Assembly (NCBI GenBank): GCA_013239625.1
Contig: MU053994.1
Coordinates: forward strand, 437,775-501,774
Direction of reading: 5' to 3'
DNA length: 64,000 bases
Source of the DNA: Lama guanicoe
Taxonomy: Eukaryota
Positions 24,388-37,707 of this stretch are shown piece by piece. The notes under the pieces were generated by a model that worked only from the letters and a program-made list of their open reading frames with translations, made no database searches and had not been told where the DNA came from. How positions within the stretch are numbered: position 1 is the stretch's first letter; the number at the start of each line of letters is the position of its first letter. Made by a program: the position numbers and the translations under genes.

Positions 24388-25199
24388 GCATTTTATAAGT
24401 ATGAAGACATTCCTGCTTATTTTCCAACGGTAGCTCACTTTGCCTCCAATGAAAAGGATATGCACTGCACTCATGCTAGAACATAGATGACTGTTCGAAA
24501 TTCTCCAGGCTTCAAATGCTCTCCTATACTGTAACCTCCACTGTAGAGCTTCCTCTCAGATGTCATTTTTGAACTATTCTTTCCTTTGGTCTTGGTCAGT
24601 GACAATTTTAGATCTCCTAACTGATGGCTGATTTTCAGGCTTTCTGTCTACCTTTTTTTTTTTTTTGATGCAAGAGGTTGTCCATTCTCAGCACCCACCC
24701 CAAATAATCCCTGTTATCACAAGGCCCATAACTGTGGTCAGATTTTAGTATGCTCTGGGGGGAACAAGTACAAAGTATGACCTTGAAAGAATTAGATTAT
24801 ACACTGAAATAATGGTAAGCTTTACTACTTTATATTATTAGAAACTAGGATAAGGCCAAAGAAGACGTGATAGTACACTGGACTGGGCAAACTTATCATA
24901 TGGTGCATTTTCCAGGGTTTCTGGAAAGGATTTAGTGTGGTACCCAGAAACTCTGGAAATCATGCAGCTGGAGGTGTTTATAACAGTTTGATTGGTTAAT
25001 TGAAATGTGAACTTAATGGTGGCCTACATTGACTCTGAGTGATGTACTTGACTCCCAATCCATTAGACTCAACTGCATCTTTCACTCTGTTGATTTTCCC
25101 CTCTCCCCAGTCTCTTTCATCAGCTCATTTGTTCCTTTGTCTCTTCTTTAAAAATAATTGTTCCTCATGTTCCCATCCCTGGCCCTCTTCTCTTCCTGT

Positions 25200-26440
25200 G
25201 TACTCTCACTTGCATAATTTCAGCCACCATATGGGTACCAGTGATTCTCAGTTAAATGCCTCTAGTGTAGGCTTCTCTGATAAACTCAGTTCCATATTCC
25301 AAACGCCCTTTGGGACAGGTCTTGGTTGCTATTTGCTTCATAAGCACCTCAGACCTCAACATGTCCAAATTTTAAGTATTTTTTTTCTCTCAATCTTTTT
25401 TGTCTTGTTTCCTCTATCTCTGTTAATAGTATTACCATCAACATTCCTAGACTTTACCCCCATCCTATTGAATCAGGGTATATGGAGATGGAACCTCAGG
25501 AATCTATTTTTGCACATGCCCAATAGGTTATTCTTATGGACACTAAAATTCAAGAATCTTTCAGTCCACCATGCTGGAAACCTCAGAGTCACTCTCTTCC
25601 CTCTTCCTTACCACCCACATCTAGTTAGGAACTGGACCATATTGAGATCATCCCCACTATCTGAAAAATTTTCCTTAGTTCCTTTCCCACTACCACAGCT
25701 TTAGTCTCTCCTGGGCACTCCTGCACGAGCCTCCTCATCATCTACATAAACTCTACCCTCTCATACAATCGCTGAGTGCTGATGTCTTTCAAAACACAAA
25801 TGTAACATAGAAATCTGACTGTGCTATTCCTTGGCCTAAAAGCATTCAACAGTTTGGTGGCATGGGAGTAGTTTTCAGACTTTTTAAGGTCACAGAACTC
25901 TTTCTTCAAATAAAATCCTGCCAGGAAATCCAACTTACAGAACAGATAAAAGCAAGAGGTGCTCCGTTTGAAGCAGGGGTTGGTGCCACAAACTTGGCCA
26001 TGCAACCTGCCTTGCTGAGTTTCCTAAGAAACCATTCCCAAAGGCACAGTTTGGAAAACACTGGGTAGATTCCAGGTGCTTTATTTGGGTACCGAATTCC
26101 TTCCTGGCTAGCATCCTCCTTCTTCGCACCTCTTCACCATTAACTCAGACCCTAGCCCTGAGATTATTCGCTATTCCCTGGACTAGTCACGTGTATTTGT
26201 GACTTTTTGTGTTTACTCTCTTCACATCCTAGAATGACCACTTTCCTCTTTGTAATTTTCTTTGTGTTCTCAAAACCAAGCTGGCATTTTTGACTGTGGT
26301 TTTTTTATGTTTATGTCTATCTCCACTACGAAACAGACAAGCTCTTTGGGGACAGAGACCATGCTTTCTTCATCTCTGTATCTCCTAGATCCAGCACAGT
26401 TTCTGACACATGCTTTTATACATGTTTATTGCATGAACCT
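25200..26440 (+). mobile_element. Fragmented L2 with nested MER5-like DNA element
   Basis: L2 hallmarks (cacctcagacctcaacatgtccaaa; gggacagagaccatg...tctctgtatctcctagatccagcacagt). MER5-like piece at about 25440-25560. Confidence 0.6.
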
Positions 26441-26679
26441 TGGTATGGTCTGTAACCCATTCTATCTGATCTTTGGTTTTATTTTTTCCCAGACTTAACA
26501 TGCCTTAATAAATTAGCATTACTTTAAAAATACATTTATTAACCACAAAGCTATATGACTCTACTACTGATTCCCCCCCCCCCCGTTCAATAGTCAAGTG
26601 TGACAACCAGTGGATATGTGTTTTGTGTATCATGGTATTTGAAGTTGAGCTCATATGGCTAGACTATATATTTTTTAAA

Positions 26680-26868
26680 ACTTTTTTTTTGAGTTACAGT
26701 CATTTTACAACGTTGTATCAAATTCCAGTGTAGAGCACAATTTTACAGTTATACATGAACATACATACATTCATTGTCACATCCTCTTTCACTGTGAAAC
26801 CACCACAAGATCCTGTATATATTTCCCTGTGCTACACAGTACAATCTTGTTTATCTATTCTACATTTT
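26680..26868 (-). mobile_element. Short L1 3'-end insertion
   Basis: Same 3' UTR family as 24002-24387, flanked by gactatat repeats. Confidence 0.8.
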
Positions 26869-27221
26869 GACTATATTTTTGACAGCAATAAAATTTGCTT
26901 TTTTTAAAAACTGATTTTATAAGTAATGTGCATTCATTGTGGAAACATAGAAATGAAGACAATTATAAAGAAATTAAGATACAGCTGTAATATAACTACT
27001 GGGAGATAATATTTTGACTGATTTCCTCCCATTCTTTTTTCTATAATATTTAGGGGTATATGTATTTATTTCCTTTAGCACAGTCGGAATCATACTGTAT
27101 AAGTAGTTTATATCCTGATTTTTTTCCACTTACTTTCCTATTGTGAACCTTCCAGCATATTATCATATTTAAAGGAATCTTAGCATTATATAAAAATCCC
27201 CTACTACTATTAATAAAAATT

Positions 27222-27375
27222 GGGGGGGTGGTGAATAGCTCAAGTGGTAGAGCGCATGTTTAGCATGCACAAGGTCCTGGGTTAAGTCCCTAGTACCTCC
27301 TGCAAAAATTAATCAATCAATCAAATAAATTACCTCCTCCTAAAAAAAACAAAACAAAACAATAAATTTTTAAAA
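27222..27375 (+). mobile_element. tRNA-derived SINE (camelid Vic-1 type)
   Basis: G-rich start, A box (tagctcaagtggtagag), degenerate B box (ggttaagtccc), 'agtacctcc', A-rich tail. Confidence 0.85.
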
Positions 27376-28569
27376 AATTGTGGAATTTCTGAGCAATTGC
27401 TGAGAAGTTTGTAAATTCTTAATAGAAAGTCTAGGAAGCTAGCGAGAGACCTTTCGGTATTTTGTGAATAGAAGGGAATGGAGGTATGTTTTTACTGATC
27501 TGTTTTAATGACATATTGCCAACTTCAGTGTAATACCAGAAAGGATGGAGGGCTCTAAAATGTTTTGAGCATCTGTTACGTGCCAGATATTGTGCTAGGC
27601 ACTTTGTATACATTAACTTATTTTAAAACTCACAGCAATCCAAGGAAGTGGATATTAATATTCCCATTTTACAGATGAATAAACCAAGACACAAAAACTT
27701 AGTGGAGCTTGTCCATGTTATTCTCTCAGGGAGTAGAATTAATCCAGTTAGTTTCCAAAGCCCCACGGTTTCTACAATGCCAACTCTGAGAGGGTACGCA
27801 GAGCCACCCTTTGATTCTGAGGGCTTTGTATTAGCAGTGTTTACCCTGGAGAATATAATTCTTTTGGTGACCGCAGTTATGAATCCCTAAAATTACCCCC
27901 GTTTGTCTACTAGAATATACATTTTATTTTTTAAGGTAGAACATACGTGTATTTTTTCTGCAGTCTTGTTGATTGCCTAAGGTATCAACTGTCCCTCAGA
28001 AAGGTTTATGAATCCCTACTGCAAATAATGTGGCATCTACAAGTCTTGCAGACACCCTTCCAGAAATCTTTAGTTTTATTCATTAGGTCCCGCATTGAGA
28101 ACAGTACCTTCTCTTGCTCTCTTACCGTTTTATGAGTCCCTGGAATCCAGGGAACCAGTTTTCTCCCAGTGCCCACCAGCACTGTTGATAATGTTTGTTT
28201 ATAGAAGAGTTTCAAATAATTTCTCCTTCTGCTGACTGTGCTACCATTTTATGGTATTTTTAAATAAAAATATGTATCATAATTAAATAAAAATATGTAT
28301 CATTTATGCATCTGTGTATGTAAATAATAGTAACTCCTGTATTCCTTTATCAGCCAGGCATTTCAAGCCCTTCGTACTTCTCTTTGTATAGCTAAAGTGT
28401 CTGCACTTGTACTGACCCAGTGACAAAAAATAGGGAGTCATGGGACACGTGCAGTTTTTCCATTCCCACCAAGAACTGGAAGAATGCATGACCCTCGATC
28501 TTCAAATTCCTGGTGACCACAAACTTACACATCCTGTATATTAGGAAGTGAGGTATGGTAAATTCAAAT

Positions 28570-29030
28570 GACCACACATTCTTGATTACTCTCATTCCTT
28601 TGGAATCCAGTTCACCCCCTTCAATCTGAGATGGCTTCAGTGATTTACTTGACAAATAAAACATGGCAGAAGTAATGTTCTGTGACTTCCAAAGGTCAGT
28701 CCTAAGATGTCTTGCAGTTTCTGCTTTGACCTCTTGGAACACTTGCTCTGAGGGAAGACAGCTGCCATGTAAAAACCCTTGACCACCCTGTGACCACCAT
28801 CGGGGAGAAACTGAAGGTGCTCTGGTCAGCAGCCCTGGCCACGCCTTTCCGGCCTTCAGATAACTTTGAGCTCCATCTGCTCTCTGACTGCAGCCTCATA
28901 AGAGACACCAAATAAGTGCCTCCCAGTTAAGCCCAGTCAACCCCCAGGCTGTAAAAGATAATGATAAGTTTTTGTTTTAAGGCACTGAATTTTGGGATGG
29001 TTTGTTACTGAGTGACAGATAACTGAAACA
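28570..29030 (+). mobile_element. MLT1-type MaLR solo LTR
   Basis: Ends 'ttgttttaaggcactgaattttgggatggtttgttac...agataactgaaaca', the standard MLT1 3' end. Confidence 0.8.
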
Positions 29031-29619
29031 TGAAAGAATGATTGTACATGTTGTATTTGGAGCTAATAAGCTTCACTTTCAAGGCAGGTTTCCAAGGAAA
29101 TGCCAGTCACTGCTCTTCTTCCTACTATGTTTTGTGTGATGCGTCTTTCTCTTGTCCTCATATTCTCCCTGGTACATTTTTTAAAATTAAATGAAACAGA
29201 TTTTTTCTGTTTATTTTGTGTACATTTGCTCTAAAAATGGCAATATTTTATGAAATTCTGTAACACAGAATTATTGGAAGAGTGTTAACCTGTGGTGGGT
29301 TCTATTTAATAGAACGGTTAAGAAGGCATCCATGTTAAGGAGGCCACCATAATATCATGTCCAGTGGTTTCAGTGATACATTCCACTCTCAATCCACTCC
29401 CACCGCAGTGGCTCCCACAGAGCTGGAATATTGTCCAACTTCATCTCAAGCATCTGCCCAGAGTTTAGTTTCTTTTTTCTGCTCTGTTTTGGCATAGAGC
29501 ATCACCTCAGGCTTATCCAACATTCCCTTCTGGGATGAGGTGCTGAATGTTTAAATTTTTATTTTAGGCATTTGTCTTCAAATGTCTTATTTTTCATCTC
29601 ATTCATTGGAAATCTGAAA

Positions 29620-29960
29620 TGAGTCTTATGAACCTAAAATCATGGTGTTGGCATGTATTTCTTCAGGAGGCTCCGGGGAGAATCCATTTCCTTGCCTTTT
29701 CCAGCTTCTAGGAGCTGCGTGAACTCTTTGGCTCATGGCCCTGTCCTCTATCACTCCAACCTCTGCTTCTTTCATCACACTTCCTTTTCTGACTTTAACT
29801 CTACTACCTCCCTCTTGAAAGGGCCCTTAAGATTACATTGGGACCATCTGGATGATCCAGAGTAATTTCCCCATCTCAAGATCCTTGACTTAGTCACATC
29901 TGCAAACATTCTGGTGACTAAGACATGATTGTCTTCGGGGTCATTATTGAGCCTCCCACA
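29620..29960 (-). mobile_element. MLT1C-like MaLR LTR fragment
   Basis: 'ggaggctccggggagaatccatttccttgccttttccagcttctagg...gattacattgggacc...cccatctcaagatccttgacttagtcacatctgcaaa'. Confidence 0.8.
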
Positions 29961-30824
29961 GATCACCTAAGCTAGACTAAGAGGCATCTGTGGATACTTA
30001 GCCATTTGAAGATGAAGAGGGGAGGAGAAAGTGTTCCAGGCAGAGAGTCTGGCGAGTAGGAAGACCTGGAGGTGAAGAAGATCATGCTTCTTTAGAGGAA
30101 TGAATTATTGAGTGTGATTAAAGGATAAATATGACAGAGAGGGATAGGCAAGAGTCAGATAATGAAGTGTTTTTTTTTAAACCATATTAGCTAATTTGAA
30201 CTTTTAAGGACAAAGGAAAGACAATAAAGGATTGAAACATAGGAGTAACAATGATCCAGTTTCTGTTTTAGGAGGAATCTGATGTAGGAGAGCAAGAACG
30301 GAGGTGAGAAACTGTGTTGCCGAAGAGCCAGGGTGGTATTACCTAGTTCACAACATGTCTGAAACCAAAATCGATTATCGCACACCAAAACCGGCACATT
30401 TTCCCAACTTCCCTATTGCTGACAGTGTCACCTGTACTCTTCTAAAATCAAATTCTTAAAATTATTTTTGCCTTCTTTCTCTCTTTTGCTTCTAACTCCT
30501 GTCAGTTACGACACCTTATCGCTTCTTAAAAATTTTAAAAGACATAAATAATATTTGATTATATGAATGTGTATAAAATAATGAACAATATGGAAATAAG
30601 CCCCTTTTCATCTCTTCTCTAACCCCTGACAATCCAGCTCTCATCTTTACAAAAGGTAACATGATTAACAGATCAGTATGTATCATTCTGTGCCTTATTC
30701 CTGTGTATTTTTATATATGTTTGTATTGATTGCATTGCATTAAATGCATGTGCATTTAAAAGCATAAATATATTTCTACTTTCAACTAATAATGTAGCTT
30801 AGATATTTCCATGCTGATACATAT

Positions 30825-31398
30825 TTTTATTTAAAATTTTTTAAACATTGAAGTATAGCTGGTTACAATGTATCAATTTCTAGTGTACAGCACAATGTTT
30901 CAGTCATACACATATATAGATATATTCATTTTCATATTGTTTTTCATCAAAGATTACTACAAGATATTGAATATAGTTCCCTGTGCTGTAGAGAAGAAAT
31001 TTGTTTTTTTATCTATTTTTATGTATAGTAGTTAATATTTGTAAATCTCAAACTCCCACTTTATCCCTTGCCACCCCCTTTCTCCCTGGTAACTGTAAGA
31101 TTGTTTACTATGTCTGTGAGTCTGTTTCTGTTTTGTAGATGAGTTCATTAGTGTTTTCTTTTTTCTTTTTTAAGATTTCATATATAAGTAATATCATATG
31201 GTATTTTTCTTTCTCTTTCTGGCATACTTCACTTAGAGTTATAATCTCCGGGTCCACCCACGTTGCTTCAAATGACATTATTTTATTCTTTATGGCCGAA
31301 TAGTATTCCATTGTATAAATATACCACAGCTTCTTTATCCAGTCATCTGTCGATGAACATTTCTGTTGTTTCCATGTCTTGGCTATTGTATATAGTCA
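30825..31398 (-). mobile_element. L1 3' end with ORF2 C-terminal remnant
   Basis: ORF 31108-31311(-) MEYYSAIKNKIMSFEATWVDPEIITLSEV is L1 3'-end-derived, followed by the L1 3' UTR. Confidence 0.9.
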
Positions 31399-31589
31399 CT
31401 CTTGATGATTATGCTACGATGACTATCTATACATTATTCTCACATATACACACAGGTATTTTTCTATAAAATAGATTCTTAAAAGTGGTCAAAATATTCA
31501 AAACCTAAAAAACTATTGAGGTAGGATTGACATTAAAAAGCTGTACATACTTAATCATCTAACATACCTGAAACTGTACCCTTTGACCT

Positions 31590-31730
31590 GTTTTTTTTTA
31601 ATTTTTAAAAATTTATTTATTTATTATTATTATTATTTTGGCAGGAGGAGGTAATTAGGCTTTATTTATTTTTGGAGGAGGTTCTGGGGATTGAACCATG
31701 CACTCTACCACTTGAGCTATACCCTCCCCT
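31590..31730 (-). mobile_element. Vic-1-type SINE with internal deletion
   Basis: ggaggttctggggattgaacc...atgcactctaccacttgagctataccctcccc. Confidence 0.8.
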
Positions 31731-31774
31731 CGCCTTTAACCAGTTTTGAAAGATTCAGTTCATTGTCTGAAAAG

Positions 31775-32278
31775 GTTCACAGGAACCATAAAGGCTCTGA
31801 GATTTTACCCTGCTTTCAAGCTAAGAAGTAGGCCTGTCACAGTTTTATGTATAGTGGTTGAACACATGCAATCCTGGGTCAGATACAGTGGATTTTGTTA
31901 CAGCACAGCAGGTCTCATGAACTTCATGTTGGCGTTGGTTCCCCATGCCCACAAGCACAATGCCCAGGTGGAAATTGTGCTCGTGGTGGATTTGCGTACC
32001 AGCTGAGGAACCCTGAATATAGGGAATCCAAATGTTTTACAGTGGACTGCAAGCAAATCTGCCCTCTGCCCTTGAGGTAGAATTGTGCTTTAGTAAACAA
32101 ATTGTAAGCAAATCTTCCCTTGGAGAGAGAGAGACAAAGACAGAGACAGAGTATGTCTTCCATTTGTCACTATGCAAACATTTCTGGAAAGATTGTCCAG
32201 GACAGAAGGCCAGTTAGTGCCTTTGCTCACGAGACGTGTAAATACGGAAGAGGTCCATGGAGAATTCTCTCTCAACTA
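31775..32278. mobile_element. ERV solo LTR (old eutherian family, unnamed)
   Basis: 'ggaaccataaaggctctgagattttaccctgctttcaagctaag...ccatggagaattctctctcaa' resembles a known LTR class as I recall it. It interrupts an old L1. Confidence 0.55.
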
Positions 32279-35200
32279 AGGGTTGAACCTGTTTCCACTT
32301 CCATCAATGGGATGTGAGTGTGCCCATTTCCACACGTGATCAAATTCAATACTGAATTTTTGTTTTTTACATTTTTGTAATTTAATGAAAAAACTAAAAA
32401 GTGTTCTTTCTCTTTGTTGTAATTTGCATTTGAATTCTTGGTGAGCTAAATAAGCATCTTTTCATGTTGTTACGAATTGCGTGTGAGGTGCTAATACTGT
32501 GAATTACCTGTTCTTACTTATGCCCCTTGTTTTATTGGTTCATTTTCTTATAATTTGTAGGAGCTCTTTATATTTTCTAGATATTGATTCTCTTTCTGCT
32601 TTATGTGGAACAGTCTTCTCCCAGCTTGTCGCTTGTTTCTTTTCATTTTATTTATACTGACTTCCTTTGTACAGATATTTAAAATCTATATATGGTATAT
32701 TCAGTGAAATGTTTTTTGGCAATACAGAATTTTATAGGTCTTGGTAGGTAAAAAGCATGCAGGGGAATGGCCAGATAATTATGTCTGTCTGCCAATTTTT
32801 CTTTGAAATATTTCCCTCTTGAAATTATTTAGATTTTTTCCCTAACTAGTTTTTTTTAAAAAATAAGTATCATCTTCTCTTTAAAATATCGAAATACATG
32901 ATGCTGAAATTAAAAACTGTTAACTATCTCTTTCAAAACTGAGGGTTCTATGACAGTCTACAGTGAACATCAGAGCATTAAAGATTCTGGAAAGTTGTGA
33001 TACTGTTGTTCCCTGGAGGCACTGAGAGACAGTCTCTGTAATGGTTGGAAACAGGGTCCTTGAATCCATACTGTCCTATTAACTGTATGACTTTGGACAT
33101 ATTGATTAATTTCTGTATGTGTCAGTTTTCTAATCTGTAAAATGGGGGTATTAGAATTTAATCTGTGAGGGAGTCATAAGAATGAGTTGAATTATCTAAG
33201 TGTTAGCTCTTATTATAGGACATTCTGAGGATGTGGTTCTTGGAGTATCACTGTAAAGCTGGTGATATTGTTACTTTGCCTTCTGATTATTGTTTGGAGA
33301 ATCAGTAGCATTGTGAAAAATAAATTCAACTACTGCGCTCCCTTGGAATGTGCCACACGGAGTTGCCTATGAGAGAAGAAACTGCTTTATTCAAAATAAA
33401 TGCCTGCAATTCTGTAACATCTGCCCTTGAGCCTTTCAGCTTGGATTTCATAGTAAAAGGGCTGTTTCTTTCCTCACAGCATTTTTATCTCTATGGTGGG
33501 TCTCACCTTTTGACAGTCATGTGTATTCTTGCCTGCTCTTCTATTTGAAAGGCACTCCCAAGTGAATTTTGCATATGTTGATTATTCTAAGCGTCGTAAA
33601 CGTCCCTCTGAACGTGCTGAAAATCCATCTAACTGTTGTCACATAATTACAGACAGACTGGAAGTGAATTTTATTTGTATTAATTTCATCCTAAGAGCAC
33701 TTCCAGAAACATTCTGTTTTTAAAGCTGCATTTCAAATACCCAATAATGGGATACATTCAAACAGACCCTCTCCTGTGACTGAAATATCAGCCCCTATTA
33801 ATTTTAAATGTATATTATGCAAAACAGATAGTTTTTTTTAAAAACCTAGGTCTTTGACGCTTTGAGGATTTTTGATTATCACATCTTGTCTGATACTCTG
33901 CAGAGTTAATGACCTGCGCTGAGCTATCTCTGCTGAAAGGCAGCAGCATGACACGCAAACCATCTTGTCAGCTTTTAAAATATTTTAGCTCAGTTCAGCA
34001 AGGCTACTGGCCAGAGAGGGAAAAATCCACATGTGAAGTGTTTAAGGAGAGAGATGTGTTTAAGTGAAGATGCTGAGGAATAAAATAAAAATGAAGTTGT
34101 CTCTCCTAATCTGTCTAGTGTTTACTGGGCACATTTAACTAAACGAGGGAGAATCAACTCTGGATAAAATGTACTCATGATTATTTTTACTCATTTTTTC
34201 ACTTGATTAAAGTGTGTACATAGTGGGGTAAGGGCTTCAACGAGAGAGGCTATGAACTAGCTGAAAATAGGCATCAAAAATGGTGCATACTTATAACCTT
34301 TAAAAATTGTGACTCACTGTATTTTACACCTGTAACTTATGTAATATTGTACAGCAACTATACTTAAGTTTAAAAAAATTTTTTTAAGTGTAAAAGGTGC
34401 ATACTTAAGCGAACTCATCCCAACCCCAGATGCTGGTCCTCCAAAGGCTCAGAGATGTGATTCGGTCAGCATACAGTGAATGGATCAGACATAGGTTCAA
34501 ACTAAACCAGACATAGAGGGTTCCATTAGCAGGACCAGGACATCTACTTCCTGAAGGGACAGCTGAATAGGAAGCCAACTTACAACCAGAAGTGTCTTAG
34601 AAAGAAGTGAAATAAAAGCAAGAGGAAAGAATTTTATGGTGTGAGTGACTAATGGCATGAAAATTGGCCAGACTGAAGCCTCATCACCCAACATGGAACA
34701 CGTACTACTGGGAACAAATAGGTTATTTTCCTTTTGAGGCTCAAATGCTTCTGCTGTGGTCAGAGTCTGGAGGGCACCACAGCATCTAGCTCCCTGGATC
34801 TCCCTTATCTACGTCTAAGCTCTTGTCTCCTCGTGTCCACCCTGTATTTCTCCAGAAGGACTGGATTACCATCAGTTAGATTCCATATTCCTGAATTATA
34901 GTCACAGTCCTGTCCTGCCTTCTGGAAGAAACAGCCTGATTTTCTTGATAACATTTGGGTTACTTCTGATCTCCTTGGTCACTCATTTAGACATCAACTC
35001 TCCCAGTCCAGATCTAGATGAGTAAACATCCACTTAGGGCTACTTTAGGGTGAATTCAACTCTCTCTGACTAATTCTGTTTTCCTTCTATCCATGCTTGA
35101 TTTCCCATCTTCTCTCTCACCTTCCTGTGTTACCACCATGGTGTTACTGCTACCTTCCCTTTATTTGCCTCATGAATAAACCCTTAGATTTTTAGAAGGC

Positions 35201-36091
35201 AGACTTGCATATACAACTCAAGGCAAGGATAACCATAAGCTCTAGGTAACACATTTTTACAGCTTCCAACCCCTTGGATAATTTCTGAACACACTTCTAT
35301 AGAATATTCACATAGGACATTCTAACTGTGATTTCAAATATAAAATACTTTATAAGTGAACTTGGCTGTAATGATAACATATTCATTATCTGAGTTACCA
35401 CGTGTTTTTTTTGTTTCTGCATGAAACCAGATGAGACACATAAGGGGCAGAAAAAAATAATTGTGTTCTTTATCTGAGAGGATTGCATTTGACAGTGATG
35501 TAAAAACCAGACCTTTTTGAAGAGCCCCTTTTGCTCTGAACCTTGTTGCTTCCTGTTCATGTCAACCTTGGGCTCCTCTGATCCCTGCAGCCTCTAGTAC
35601 TTTGGAGATAGAGGAAAGACCTGGAGTTTATTTCCAGAGTCTGCACTCTCTCAGACCTGGGCAGTTTCCTCTGAGTGGGATAGCACATGGTCTGTAGGAA
35701 GCAGTTCAGTTCTGAGTCATTTCAGCAAAGTTCTGGTTCGGTATACGATGTAGAGAACAAACAGATGGGGGCTTTGGAAAGTTAAAGAGGCCCTGGACAA
35801 GACCCTATCCTTCCAGATTCTGAGGTCAACCTGACGTATGGTTAATGGGAGGTCCCAAAGCAGTCTTTGAATAAGTATCTAGTTATGCTTAGAACCCTGG
35901 CTAGAACCAAGCAAACCAAGTATGTAGTTTGTAGTTCATAGACCTTGGGGGAAGCCAAGGGTCAGTGTCAAGGGATGACGCCAAATCACAAAACTCAGTG
36001 GGACACGGTAAGAGCCATCATCCTTAAGGGGCTGTACAGAGAGAATCCAGGTACCAAGCCAGTAAAAGAATGTGCTCAACAGTTAATATGA

Positions 36092-36272
36092 GGAGTGGAG
36101 AGGAAGCTCAGTGATAGAGCGTGTGCTTAGCATGCACAAGGTCCTGGGTTCAATCCCCAGTACCTCCAGATATATGTTTTTATATATATGTGTATGTTTA
36201 TATATCTACCTATCTATGTAAATACCTCCCTCTCCTAAAAAAAAAGAAAAAGAAAAAGAAAAAGAAAAAAAA
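36092..36272 (+). mobile_element. Vic-1-type SINE
   Basis: agctcagtgatagagcgtgtgcttagcatgcacaaggtcctgggttcaatccccagtacctcc with a (GAAAAA)n tail. Confidence 0.85.
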
Positions 36273-37018
36273 GAATTAGTATGAGGAAGAGGGCCTGGTG
36301 AGCTTATGCTGACAGAGGGGTAGTTTTAAAACATCTATTCTGCAGTATGTAAAACAGGCCTGGAATAGTTCACATACATGTATATCATCAGATATAAACC
36401 TATATTGAGAATAAAACATCACCCAATACAGTTGAAGTTCCTGTGTTCTCTCTGATTGCAGCTGTATGGATCTCCCATGAATTTCCTCATATTTGTACTA
36501 CAAATGTATGTGGTCCTAAATTAGATATAATGTTTTTGAAAGTTATTTCCTTCATGCGTGTGCTGTTATTCTGCATGATTTGTTCTGCAACTTAATTTTT
36601 TTCATTGAAGATTCGTGTTTGTGAGAGAGATTTAGGTTGCTACATGTAGCACTGGTTCATATTTGTTTTGTCAGTGGTACTTTTTTTGGTGGTACTCCTA
36701 GTTTTGAGGAGGGAGGGCAGAATAGAGCCACGTAAGGGACCTGTCCTGTTGTGGACAGTCCAGCTTATGCACTTATCGTCCCAAAGTGGTGACCCAGTTC
36801 ACCCGTGGGTCAGCTGTAAGGATGGTGATGGGGTCTGGCTGGTAGAAGAAGCTCCTTATAACGGAGGAAATGGAATTGACACAGAGAACCTGGAATCCAC
36901 TAAGTATAAGTACTATTTTATGGTAATAAGCACAATAATTATTTAATAAATGCATATTTTCTGAATAAAGAGTGTTTTTCGAGTTAGGTATGTGAGTGTT
37001 TAAAAAATTAGACCCTCT

Positions 37019-37163
37019 AGGGAGGAGGATATAGCTCAGTAGTAGAGCACTCGCTTAGCATGCCTGAGGTCCTGAGTTCAATCCCCTGTACCTCCATTAA
37101 ATAAAAAAATAAATAAAAACCTAATTGCCTCCCCCCCAAAATTTTTTTTAAAGAGTATTTTTT
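37019..37163 (+). mobile_element. Vic-1-type SINE with 16-bp TSD
   Basis: A/B boxes; TSD aaaaattagaccctct at 37003-37018 and 37164-37179. Confidence 0.9.
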
Positions 37164-37257
37164 AAAAATTAGACCCTCTTACAAGTGTCTGTCTTCAGTG
37201 CTATGGGGAAAATGGCCTAATTAATTTTTCTCTCCTTTGTTTTCTCCACCTTTTCAG

Positions 37258-37707
<450 letters not shown>

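Noticed and set aside
25039..25704. 221-aa ORF
   Set aside because: GTG start; runs through L2 and MER5-like repeat fragments; low-complexity L/S/F/P composition.
27222..27300. tRNA-like sequences (also at 36.1, 37.0 and 49.4 kb)
   Set aside because: SINE heads with A-rich tails and TSDs, not tRNA genes.
28261..28303. Tandem duplication taaataaaaatatgtatcat x2
   Set aside because: Simple slippage in AT-rich DNA with no evidence of function.
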